A stretch of DNA of 24,000 nucleotides from an uncultured delta proteobacterium (GTDB lineage Bacteria > Desulfobacterota > Desulfobulbia > Desulfobulbales > Desulfocapsaceae): assembly GCA_963822095.1 (NCBI GenBank), contig CAWGGS010000030.1, positions 28,933-52,932 on the forward strand, given 5' to 3'. Of this stretch, positions 1 to 8,479 are shown in pieces. The notes beneath the pieces were generated by a model. The model was not told the DNA's origin. It ran no database searches and was given only the letters and a program-made list of their open reading frames with translations. The first letter of the stretch is position 1; each line of letters starts with the position of its first letter. Position numbers and translations under genes: made by a program.

Positions 1-243
1 AAAATTATGGGTGCCATCCTTCTCGACAAAGCTCCGGCTCGTGCTGCTATTTATACCACCGGCAGGCTCACCTCGGATATGGTCCTCAAATGTGCCCGCA
101 TCGGTATCCCGATCATCATGTCCCGTACAGCTGCCTCTTCCTTGGGACTGGCCATTGCCGACCGGGCGGGAGCGACTCTGATCGGATACGCCCGTCCGGA
201 GAGGGTAAATGCCTTTACCTCCCCTGAACGTATCATCCTTTAA
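1..243 (+). CDS. fdhD: FdhD-family formate dehydrogenase accessory sulfurtransferase, C-terminal fragment (5' end lies outside the window)
   Basis: Frame 1 is open from base 1 to TAA at 241-243. The tail GRLTSDMVLKCARIGIPIIMSRTAASSLGLAIADRAGATLIGYARPERVNAFTSPERI fits the conserved FdhD C-terminus as I recall it (SGR.S.E.V.K....GIP...S.SA.TSLA...A...G.TL.GF.R....N.Y). Confidence 0.75.
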   Translation, partial: KIMGAILLDKAPARAAIYTTGRLTSDMVLKCARIGIPIIMSRTAASSLGLAIADRAGATLIGYARPERVNAFTSPERIIL

Positions 244-369
244 GGAAGTAAATGTTCCCCATCGCCCTATCCGGAGTCTGCGCTTTCCGGCGCGCGATCA
301 GGCTGCCGGGCATAGGTCTATTCTATGCGGTTGCTGGCGACTGTGAGAAGATGGGGTGCCTCCAACGGC

Positions 370-1314
370 TTACTCCTTTTCCATGCCAAGCTCGATCAAC
401 TTCTCCAGCAGGACGGGAAAAGCAAGGCCATGTTCAGCCGCGGCCTGGGGGAAAAGGCTGGTTGCCGTCATCCCCGGGATAGTATTGGTCTCGAGCAGAT
501 AGAACTTCCCATCATCGGTAAGTATCATATCCGTCCTGGAATATCCACGCAGTTGCAAGGCCCTGTGGGCCTCGACTCCGTACTGCTGTGCCTTTGCCGC
601 CAGGTCCTGCGCAAGCGGTGCCGGACAAATCTCTTTAGAGGCCCCCGGCTTGTATTTTGCGTCATAATCAAAAAAAGTATATCCCTCGCCGGGGATGATC
701 TCAATGAGCGGCAAGCCTACGGGATGAGCATTGCCGAGTACTCCCGCCGTTATCTCCCGGCCGGCAATAAACTGCTCAACCATGACCTTTGCATCATGGG
801 CAAATGCCTTCTGAATTCCCACGGCCAAATCCGCCTCGGTCCGGGCAATGGTCATGCCGAGGCTCGAACCTTGGCAGACAGGCTTCACCACTAGCGGCAA
901 CCCGAGACGTTTGGCAATATCGGCAGCCGTGGCTCCGCTTGTGTCGTCCACCATTTCCCAGTCGGCAACGGGAAGACCGCGAAGCCGGTACAACTCCTTA
1001 GCCAGGTTCTTATCCATGGCCAAGGCACTCCCCAAGACACCTGAACCTTGGTAGGGGATATCAAGCAGATCCAGCAAACCCTGCACCGTCCCATCTTCAC
1101 CGAAGCGCCCGTGCAAAAGAATAAAGGCAAAATCAATCCTGTCCGCTTCGGCAACCAGAGCTGCAAGGTCGGTCGCGGGGTCATATTTAATCACCTGGAA
1201 TTTTTCAGGATCAAGTGCCTTCTCAACCCCTTGGGCCCCACTCAGGGATACCTCCCGCTCCCCTGATTTTCCACCGGCAAGCAATGCTACCCGTAGTCTC
1301 TTTTTTTCGCTCAC
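370..1314 (-). CDS. ddl: D-alanine--D-alanine ligase
   Basis: 314-aa ORF. N-terminus LRVALLAGGKSGEREVSLSGA, then FILLHGRFGEDGTVQGLLDLLDIPYQGSGVLGSALAMDKNLAKEL and the ATP-grasp C-terminus LLETNTIPGMTATSLFPQAA are classic Ddl motifs. Confidence 0.95.
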   Translation of the reverse strand: MSEKKRLRVALLAGGKSGEREVSLSGAQGVEKALDPEKFQVIKYDPATDLAALVAEADRIDFAFILLHGRFGEDGTVQGLLDLLDIPYQGSGVLGSALAMDKNLAKELYRLRGLPVADWEMVDDTSGATAADIAKRLGLPLVVKPVCQGSSLGMTIARTEADLAVGIQKAFAHDAKVMVEQFIAGREITAGVLGNAHPVGLPLIEIIPGEGYTFFDYDAKYKPGASKEICPAPLAQDLAAKAQQYGVEAHRALQLRGYSRTDMILTDDGKFYLLETNTIPGMTATSLFPQAAAEHGLAFPVLLEKLIELGMEKE

Positions 1315-1516
1315 GTCACCACCTCAACGGTTATATTTTACGGAATTCCACATCCCCGGACCGGTTTACAGGCTCTCTGTTCTGAGACCAACATTGTAAA
1401 CAGCGTGTGAATCGGTATCTATAAAAACATTATGAATCGTCGGGTACGGAAAAGCATTAAAAAAATTTTCAGCAGACCTCTTGGCTGGAGATGACTCCCT
1501 AGTTTAGAAAATTTTA

Positions 1517-1545
1517 TTGACAGAATTTCTACTTCATTATATAAA
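1517..1545 (+). promoter_or_regulatory. Candidate sigma70 promoter upstream of rpsU
   Basis: TTGACA (1517-1522), a 17-nt spacer, then TATAAA (1540-1545), about 155 nt upstream of the rpsU ATG. Motif match only. Confidence 0.35.
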
Positions 1546-1701
1546 AGAAAGATTATTGTCACGAAAAATGGTCAAAAAAATATTAGCTCGTGGCCGGTGA
1601 CCCTTCCCAGTAACAAGACCTGTACGATATGGGAAATACGAATCACAGCTATACGGGAATATTTAAATTTTATTAGAATAATTTGTTAAACGGAGCTCGA
1701 G

Positions 1702-1896
1702 ATGATAGAAGTTGAAGTTCGTGGAGACCTTGAATACGCCATCAGACAGCTGAAGAAAAAGCTGCAGATTGATGGGATAAAAAGAGAGCTGAAGCGTCGT
1801 GAATTCTATGAAAAGCCGAGCGTTAAAAAACGGCGCAAACAAGCTGAAGCACGAAGAAAACTCCGCAAATTCAACCGCATGCGCAGAACCAGCTGA
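1702..1896 (+). CDS. rpsU: 30S ribosomal protein S21
   Basis: 64-aa basic protein MIEVEVRGDLEYAIRQLKKKLQIDGIKRELKRREFYEKPSVKKRRKQAEARRKLRK, the typical S21 sequence and length. Confidence 0.95.
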   Translation: MIEVEVRGDLEYAIRQLKKKLQIDGIKRELKRREFYEKPSVKKRRKQAEARRKLRKFNRMRRTS

Positions 1897-2887
1897 ACTC
1901 GCGGTTTCCCAAGTTCCCGGCCACCCGGGAGCTTGGGAACCTTCCCCACACCTTCTGCTTTGGCAAGGACCTATCGAACCACCAGTCCAATCGAATCAGT
2001 TTTTCCCCCTTTATGAATCGTTCTTCAGATACCTGACCTCCGAAAGACGCCTTTCCGAAAATACAGTAAAAGCATATTCTTCCGATATTTCTTTCTTCTT
2101 TTCTTATCTCAAAACACACGGCAAAAAAAATCTTCTCGAAACGGATAGTGGAACCATCCTTGGCTTTCTCGATCAAGCCCGGAAAAAACAGATCTCACAT
2201 CGCAGCAACGCCAGGCGTATCTCGGCATTGAAGACCTTTTTCGCCTTTCTTGCATCCGAAGGTCATATTGACCACAACCCACTTTCCACTATAGATCTAC
2301 CGCGGGCCGGTCGCACTCTGCCCAAGGCTCTCACCATTGACGAAGTAACGAGACTGCTCGTCCCTCCTTCCGTATTATCGCCGCTTGTCCTGCGCAACTT
2401 TGCAATGCTCTGCCTACTCTACTCCACGGGTCTCAGAGTAACCGAGTTGGTACGCCTGCCGATTTCCGGCTGCAATCTGACCTCCTGCTTCGTTCGCGTC
2501 ATCGGCAAAGGCGACAAGGAGAGGATTATTCCCTTTGGTCTGGTGGCGAAGGAACACCTTGAATCCTATCTCCAAAAATCCAGGCCCCATATTTTAAAAG
2601 GGAAACGGAGCAATTTTCTCTTTATCACCTCTCGGGGAAAACCCATGACCCGGCTGCGCTTCTGGCAGATTCTGGAAGAAATAGCCCTGGCAGCTGGAAT
2701 TACAAAAAATATCTCTCCGCATATGCTCAGGCATTCCTTTGCCACTCATCTCCTGACCCATGGTGCCGATCTCCGTGCCGTTCAGATGATGCTGGGACAT
2801 TCAGATATCGCCACGACTCAGATATATACCCAAATTGACCAGGATCGCCTGAAAACCATACATAAAAAATTTCACCCGAGAGGATAA
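1808..2887 (+). CDS. xerD: Tyrosine site-specific recombinase, XerD-like (start codon uncertain)
   Basis: N-terminal SAM-like domain FFRYLTSERRLSENTVKAYSSDISFFFSYL. Catalytic C-terminus HMLRHSFATHLLTHGADLRAVQMMLGHSDIATTQIYTQ...HPRG closely resembles XerD. The homologous region begins near 1990. The only ATG/GTG starts (1808, 1799) lie inside rpsU, so the 5' boundary is unresolved. Confidence 0.8.
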   Translation: MKSRALKNGANKLKHEENSANSTACAEPAELAVSQVPGHPGAWEPSPHLLLWQGPIEPPVQSNQFFPLYESFFRYLTSERRLSENTVKAYSSDISFFFSYLKTHGKKNLLETDSGTILGFLDQARKKQISHRSNARRISALKTFFAFLASEGHIDHNPLSTIDLPRAGRTLPKALTIDEVTRLLVPPSVLSPLVLRNFAMLCLLYSTGLRVTELVRLPISGCNLTSCFVRVIGKGDKERIIPFGLVAKEHLESYLQKSRPHILKGKRSNFLFITSRGKPMTRLRFWQILEEIALAAGITKNISPHMLRHSFATHLLTHGADLRAVQMMLGHSDIATTQIYTQIDQDRLKTIHKKFHPRG

Positions 2888-3150
2888 TTTTCGTGTTCAT
2901 CCGATGGGCTGCATGGTAGATTTTCTAAGAAGCCAGGAGACAGAAGAAAAAAGTAATTCTCCCCGACTGCTGTTCCCTGATCAGACTCCGGAAATTCTGT
3001 TTACCCCTGAAACTCAGCCTATCGGAATGGACATTAATGGTAATTAGATCGGAAATAACAAGAAGGATTGGAACTGAGGATATTGATCAACCTGTTTTTC
3101 CCCTGGTTTCTGACTCCTGAGTTCTTATACAACCTCCTCAAAGCAATCGC

Positions 3151-5820
3151 ATGTTGGTAATAACCACCCACCTCAATGCCGATTTTGACGGAATGGCATC
3201 CATGATCGCCGCCCGGAAGCTCTACCCGGAAGCCGTTATGATCTTCTCCGGTTCACAGGAAAAGGAAGTGCGGGATTTCATCTCCCAGGTCCTTCTCTAC
3301 CGGTATGATTTTCAGAAAATCAAGAACATCAATCTGCGCGAGGTCGATCATCTCATTGTCGTCGATACCCGTTCTTCTGCGCGGATCGGTCCTTTTGCCG
3401 CCTGTCTGCGCAACCCCGGACTTTCTCTGGATATTTACGACCATCACCCCGGCAACCCCGGGGATATGGAAGGAAGCGTCGAAGTGGTTGAGGATGTCGG
3501 CTCAACCATCACTATTTTAGCCCGGATCCTTAAAGAAAAAGGAATCGAAATCACCTCGGATGAGGCGACTATCTTCTGCCTCGGAATCTATGAAGACACA
3601 GGATCCCTCACCCACATGACCACAACCCCAACCGACTTACAGATCGCAGCTTGGCTTCTGGAAAAAGGAGCGAAACTCGATATTGTCTCCCAGTTCATAA
3701 CCCATGAGTTAACCACCACCCAGGTCGAACTCCTGCACGACCTGATGAAGACCACCGCAACGTATACCATCCAGGGCATCTCAGTGGTCATCGCCAGTCT
3801 CTCTTTGCCAAATTATGTTGATGATTTTTCTATCATTATTCATAGATTCATGACCATGGAAAACCTGGACACCATGTTTGCCCTGGTATCCATGGCAGGC
3901 AGGACCTATCTGATCGCCCGCAGTCGTATTCCGGATGTCAACGTCGGTATCATTGCCCGGGACTTTGGTGGAGGTGGTCATTCCACCGCAGCATCGGCAA
4001 CAATTCAAGATCTGACCTTGATCGAGGCCCAGGAAAAACTCATCCATGCCCTGCACAGGCATATAAGTCCACAGCCAATAGCCAGGGAGATGATGTCTCA
4101 GCCTGCCATCTCGATCACTGTAGAAACGACGATCAGCCAGGCCAATGACATCCTGACCCGCTACAATATTGCCTCGGTTCCTGTACTGCCGCTTCCGTCG
4201 AAGAATCTCCATGACAGCTCCACCCCGCTGGTTAAAGGCATCATCACCCGGATGGTCATCGAAAAGGCGATTCACCACCATCTCGGCTACCTGCCGGTGA
4301 GCGAGTACATGAACTCGGATATCGAAGTCCTTTCTCTGAACGCCACCCTCGCCGATATCCAGGAGCTGATCATCGAGCATCGGCAACGCTTGATACCGAT
4401 CGTTCACGAACGGCAGCTCAAGGGGGTCATCACCCGGACCGATCTCCTCAACCGTCTGGTCAACGATCCGTCTCATTTGCCGAAAAACATGCTCCACGAA
4501 TCCGATCATCCGTCGCTTGCCCGTACCAGGAACATTACCACCTTGATGATCGATTGTCTGGACAGAAGGACGACAACTCTGCTGAAGACAATAGGAGAAG
4601 TTGCCGACACCTTGGGCTTTAACGCCTTTGCCGTAGGAGGATTCGTTCGTGATCTGCTGCTGAAGAAAAACAATTTCGATCTGGACATCGTCATAGAAGG
4701 CGACGGTATTGTTTTCGCGAAAAAGCTGGCAGAGGAGCTTGGAGGCAGAGTACGAACCCACGAACGGTTCGCCACCGCCATGGTTGTTCTTCAGGACAAC
4801 TTCAAGATAGACATCGCCACAGCGAGACTTGAATATTATGAATACCCTGCCGCACTTCCAACCATCGAACTCTCGTCGATAAAGCTCGACCTCTATCGCC
4901 GCGATTTCACGATCAACGCAATGGCGGTCCAGCTCAATCCCGGCAAGTACGGAACCTTAAACGACTTCTTTAACTGCCAGAACGATCTGAAACAGCGCGC
5001 CATCAAAGTCCTGCATAGTCTTAGTTTCGTCGAAGATCCGACAAGAATCTTCAGGGCGATTCGCCTGGAAAAACGAATGGGATTCCAAATCGTCGACCAT
5101 ACCAGACGACTGATCCGAAACGCCGTGAAGATGGACCTGTTCGGTAAAGACAACGACCCGCGATTTCTCACTGAGTTACAGATCATTCTCTCGGAAGAAA
5201 ATCCCCTGCCGGCCATCCAGCGCCTGGCGGAGTTCGAGCTGTTTCGATTCCTCTGGCCGGACCTTAAGCCGCACCTTAAAATAGACAGGCGTTTTTCCCA
5301 TATCCTGACCCAGGCCTATCGAGCCCTTTCCTGGTATCGACTTCTCTACCTGGGCGATCAATGCTCAGCCTGGATCGTTTACCTGCTTTCCATCATGGCA
5401 AGATCCTCGACCAAGGAGCTACTAACATTCTGTACCCGATATCAAATGCCCCACAAGACGACCGATCTTCTTATAAATCAAAAGGAAACCGCCGACAAAA
5501 TCGTGAGCCTGATGTCCAGACGCAGGGTCCTGCAAAACAGTGAAATCTTTCGGCTCCTGAACAACCTTGAAATAGAAGGAATAATCTATTTGATGGCAAT
5601 CACGAGAAAGAACGACATAAAAAAAGCCGTCTCCCATTATGTTACAACCCTTCGCCAAATCCGTCCCCATCTCACTGGACAAAAATTAAAGGAGATGGGA
5701 TACCAACCAGGGCCAGCTTTCACCACCATGCTCAACGATCTCCAGGATGCCATACTGGACGGAATTGTCGACACTCCGACCGAAGAAGAGGCCTATATTC
5801 AACAGAACTACCCCCTGTGA
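3151..5820 (+). CDS. Multidomain DHH/DHHA1 phosphoesterase - CBS pair - class II CCA-adding/poly(A) polymerase-family nucleotidyltransferase fusion
   Basis: 889 aa. N-terminal HLNADFDGMAS, DHH at 3439-3447 (YDHHPG) and GGGGH at 3967-3981 mark DHH/DHHA1. The central ~140 aa look like a CBS pair (ISITVETTISQANDIL...VPVL; VITRTDLL). NTase motifs are GGFVRDLLL (4636-4662) ...DLDIVIEG, RRDFTINA and EDPTRIFRAIRLEKRMGF. Confidence 0.85.
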   Translation: MLVITTHLNADFDGMASMIAARKLYPEAVMIFSGSQEKEVRDFISQVLLYRYDFQKIKNINLREVDHLIVVDTRSSARIGPFAACLRNPGLSLDIYDHHPGNPGDMEGSVEVVEDVGSTITILARILKEKGIEITSDEATIFCLGIYEDTGSLTHMTTTPTDLQIAAWLLEKGAKLDIVSQFITHELTTTQVELLHDLMKTTATYTIQGISVVIASLSLPNYVDDFSIIIHRFMTMENLDTMFALVSMAGRTYLIARSRIPDVNVGIIARDFGGGGHSTAASATIQDLTLIEAQEKLIHALHRHISPQPIAREMMSQPAISITVETTISQANDILTRYNIASVPVLPLPSKNLHDSSTPLVKGIITRMVIEKAIHHHLGYLPVSEYMNSDIEVLSLNATLADIQELIIEHRQRLIPIVHERQLKGVITRTDLLNRLVNDPSHLPKNMLHESDHPSLARTRNITTLMIDCLDRRTTTLLKTIGEVADTLGFNAFAVGGFVRDLLLKKNNFDLDIVIEGDGIVFAKKLAEELGGRVRTHERFATAMVVLQDNFKIDIATARLEYYEYPAALPTIELSSIKLDLYRRDFTINAMAVQLNPGKYGTLNDFFNCQNDLKQRAIKVLHSLSFVEDPTRIFRAIRLEKRMGFQIVDHTRRLIRNAVKMDLFGKDNDPRFLTELQIILSEENPLPAIQRLAEFELFRFLWPDLKPHLKIDRRFSHILTQAYRALSWYRLLYLGDQCSAWIVYLLSIMARSSTKELLTFCTRYQMPHKTTDLLINQKETADKIVSLMSRRRVLQNSEIFRLLNNLEIEGIIYLMAITRKNDIKKAVSHYVTTLRQIRPHLTGQKLKEMGYQPGPAFTTMLNDLQDAILDGIVDTPTEEEAYIQQNYPL

Positions 5821-5916
5821 TTCCTTGCCTTCTTTTCATTCGATGCTTAAGATTATCCTCACCTCGGCAGGATGGCCTGTCCTGGACCATAATCCTTTTC
5901 TCACGTTATAGTTTTC

Positions 5917-6561
5917 ATGCACTTTCCTGACATACTAGAAATCATAATCCTTGCACCACCCATCCTCTTCGCCCTCACCATCCATGAATTCTCCCATGGG
6001 TCTGTGGCCTATTATCTGGGGGATTCCACGGCCAAGGACGCAGGCCGGCTGACGCTCAACCCGCTGAAACACCTGGACCCCATCGGCACCATCGCCTTTT
6101 TCATCATTAAGTTCGGCTGGGCCAAACCCGTCCCGGTCAACCCCTACTTTTTCAAAAACCCGCGCAAAGGCATGCTCTGGGTGGGGCTAGCCGGCCCCGT
6201 CTCCAACCTGATTGTTGCCTTGATCAGCGCTTTGCTCTTTAAGGCATTTGTAGCTCTGGGTTCCGTTCTCCCCCCCGCGTTGACCGATCCTCTCCAGCAG
6301 ATGCTGTTCTACAGTGTCCTGATAAATGTCCTTCTCTGCGTTTTCAACTTGCTGCCCATTCCTCCTCTTGACGGCAGCCGTGTCCTGGCCGGCCTGCTCC
6401 CGGCCGACATGGCCGCGTCTTACGAATCCTTGGAGCAGCGTTTAGGCTCTATGGGCCTGCTGATCATCCTGATTTTTCTGATGTACACTGGTATTCTTGG
6501 ACGGTTGATCAATCCGATTATCAATTTCATATATATCTCCCTCAATATTGTTCCCCATTGA
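5917..6561 (+). CDS. Site-2 protease family (peptidase M50) membrane zinc metalloprotease
   Basis: 214-aa hydrophobic protein with HEFSHG (HExxH) in the first TM region and the LLPIPPLDGSRVL motif typical of M50/S2P enzymes. Confidence 0.85.
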   Translation: MHFPDILEIIILAPPILFALTIHEFSHGSVAYYLGDSTAKDAGRLTLNPLKHLDPIGTIAFFIIKFGWAKPVPVNPYFFKNPRKGMLWVGLAGPVSNLIVALISALLFKAFVALGSVLPPALTDPLQQMLFYSVLINVLLCVFNLLPIPPLDGSRVLAGLLPADMAASYESLEQRLGSMGLLIILIFLMYTGILGRLINPIINFIYISLNIVPH

Positions 6562-6625
6562 TCACAGCAAGACAACCCCGACATCTTGGCATGGGCTAAT
6601 TAACCAGACATTTCATGCCAGTCTA

Positions 6626-6653
6626 TTGACAAGACATTGCCTGCCCGTATATC
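6626..6653 (+). promoter_or_regulatory. Candidate sigma70 promoter for the downstream hypothetical gene
   Basis: TTGACA (6626-6631), a 16-nt spacer, then TATATC (6648-6653), followed by the strong SD AAAGGAGGA at 6661-6669. Motif match only. Confidence 0.3.
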
Positions 6654-6670
6654 CTTGAATAAAGGAGGAC

Positions 6671-7312
6671 TTGTCAGGGGGCTTCCTCTTTCATTCTGTG
6701 AAATCCAAGAGGACTCTTGCCAATCTTGACCCGACAGGCGCTTATACCAAGAACCCCATAAACTTCTCAGGGTTAATCACAGGGGGAATGAACATGCCGA
6801 TCGACACAAGACTCATAGGTTTCTGGAACCATGCCAGTGTTACGGACGGAACCTGTTTCGAAATCACTCCGGCTGGGAAATACTTCGTTCACGAAAATCC
6901 TTTTCCCTACGAAATCAGTAAGGAGGGGACGAAATTGATCTTGCATGGGAAGGATGAAGACGTGGTCTACCATCGAGTCGGACATCCGACAACCACCATT
7001 GCCGGGGCATGGTCCCACGTCTATTCCGAATATGGCGAAACAGAGACGTTTATTTTCAATGAGGATGGCAGTTATATAAACTCTTGGGACGGCACAGATT
7101 ACTCGATCGGTTTCTTCCAGGACACGGGCAGCGAACTTCGAATTATCGAATATCGAGGCTCCGTTGCTACAGATGGGGACAAATATCGTTACACAGCCGC
7201 CCCTAACGATGTTTATGAATACCGATTCGAGTTCTCCGAAACAGATTCTTTTAATCTATATGATATCGACAGCGGCCAGCTTGAATCGACGTACAACAGG
7301 AAGACATCCTAA
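6671..7312 (+). CDS. Hypothetical protein (beta-rich, no recognisable family; start uncertain: TTG 6671, ATG 6788 or ATG 6794)
   Basis: Longest ORF in the region, with no competing frame. GGAGG at 6664-6668 lies only 2 nt from TTG 6671. ATG 6794 follows GGGGGA. No signal peptide is apparent. Two loosely similar halves are present (G.W.H...F.I...G.Y). Confidence 0.55.
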   Translation: MSGGFLFHSVKSKRTLANLDPTGAYTKNPINFSGLITGGMNMPIDTRLIGFWNHASVTDGTCFEITPAGKYFVHENPFPYEISKEGTKLILHGKDEDVVYHRVGHPTTTIAGAWSHVYSEYGETETFIFNEDGSYINSWDGTDYSIGFFQDTGSELRIIEYRGSVATDGDKYRYTAAPNDVYEYRFEFSETDSFNLYDIDSGQLESTYNRKTS

Positions 7313-7503
7313 CCCAATATTCTGATAAGATACGACATTTTACATTGCCCTCAGGAGAGGATCACCTTCATAAACGGTGCTGTAATCTCCCATAGTGTAT
7401 AAAACCGTCTCTGGTCATATATCAAGTAATTGAAAACGACCGTGAAATAGTCTAAATTCTGGCAAAATAAGGACCTTGTCGTGGTTAAGACCCATTTTTT
7501 CTC

Positions 7504-8301
7504 TTGTTCAACAGGCGCATCAATTCTATGGAACCGGTCAATATTGTTTGCATGAAATGGGGGACTCTATACAGCCCCGAATACGTAAATATCCTCTATA
7601 GCATGGTGCAAAGGAACATCACCCTGCCCTTCCGCTTTATCTGCATGACGGAAGATGCCGATGGCATCTTGCCGGAAATAGAGGTTGCTCCTCTACCAGA
7701 TTTCAAGGAACCGGCCTGGGAATATGCCCGTTATTGCAGCGCCTGGCGGAAGCTGGCACTATTTGCCCCCAGCGTCCTTGACCTCAAAGGGAAGTTGCTG
7801 TTTATGGACCTTGATGTGGTCATCGTCGGGAATATTGACTGTTTTTTTACCTATTCCGACAAATTAGCCATCATAGAAAACTGGTCTCAAAAAGGCCGCC
7901 TCATCGGCCAATCCTCGGTATTCTGTTTTGAGATCGGCACCTGTACCCACCTGCTCGAAAAATACAACACCCGCCACGACGAAGTCATGAAAAACAACCG
8001 TACCGAGCAGATGTATATAACAAAAGAACTGGGCAAGGGTAACTTCGTTTACTTTCCCGAAGACTGGTGTAAAAGTTTCAAGATGCACTGTATGCCGGGC
8101 GGTATCCTGAACAGTTTTATAACACCCACCAAGATTCCGCAAGACGCTCGGATAATCGTTTTCCACGGCAGCCCCAACCCTCCCGATGCCATGGCGGGCA
8201 GATGGGGGAAACCGGTCAAACCATGGTTTAAAAAAATATACAAAACGGTGAAACCGACAAAATGGATCGCTGAGTATTGGAAAATCACATCGGCACCCTA
8301 A
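7504..8301 (+). CDS. Putative nucleotide-sugar glycosyltransferase-like protein (GT-A-like, DxD motif)
   Basis: 265-aa ORF. VNIVCMKWGTLYSPEYVNILYSMVQRN and LLFMDLDVVIVGNIDCFF (DxD) resemble an uncharacterised glycosyltransferase-like family. The start may be ATG 7528 rather than TTG 7504. Confidence 0.55.
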   Translation: MFNRRINSMEPVNIVCMKWGTLYSPEYVNILYSMVQRNITLPFRFICMTEDADGILPEIEVAPLPDFKEPAWEYARYCSAWRKLALFAPSVLDLKGKLLFMDLDVVIVGNIDCFFTYSDKLAIIENWSQKGRLIGQSSVFCFEIGTCTHLLEKYNTRHDEVMKNNRTEQMYITKELGKGNFVYFPEDWCKSFKMHCMPGGILNSFITPTKIPQDARIIVFHGSPNPPDAMAGRWGKPVKPWFKKIYKTVKPTKWIAEYWKITSAP

Positions 8302-8345
8302 GGGCCTGTTAAAAAATAACAGGCCCTTAGGGGCTATCAGCCCCT
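8296..8345. terminator. Tandem/alternative strong hairpins at the 3' end of the glycosyltransferase-like gene
   Basis: CCCTAAGGGCCTGTT (8296-8310) pairs perfectly with AACAGGCCCTTAGGG (8318-8332) across a 7-nt loop. An overlapping second hairpin is AGGGGCT-atc-AGCCCCT (8329-8345). There is no classical U-tract on the + strand. Confidence 0.5.
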
Positions 8346-8479
8346 AAAACAAAACCGCACGCCCTCCTTTTTCGAGGAAAAAAAGAGCAACAATGGCTCA
8401 TCCGGGTTAATCGTACTTTTACAAGGCTGAAATTAATGAGATGGTGAAATTCATCGCTTCCAGACACTGCTCTCCGACC

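Noticed and set aside
325-894. 189-aa + strand ORF overlapping ddl
   Set aside because: It is antisense to an unmistakable Ddl CDS. The product is Arg/Leu/Gly-rich nonsense with no family resemblance.
2904-3047. 47-codon ORF (MGCMVDFLRSQETEEKSNSPRLLFPDQTPEILFTPETQPIGMDINGN) in the xerD-to-DHH gene spacer
   Set aside because: It has no SD, no recognisable motif, and a length below what can be supported without comparative data.
3781-4761. 326-aa ORF on the minus strand inside the DHH-CBS-CCA gene
   Set aside because: It is entirely antisense to a CDS with strong motif support. The translation is low-complexity with no recognisable motif, no SD and no independent evidence. Long antisense ORFs are a common artefact of codon bias.
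7749-7766. Sigma54-like TGGCAC...TGC motif (also TGGCAC at ~15393 and ~23565, and TGGCAT at ~6588)
   Set aside because: The GG-to-GC spacing does not fit the -24/-12 consensus (8 nt instead of 10), or the GC element is missing. Three of the four sites lie inside CDSs.
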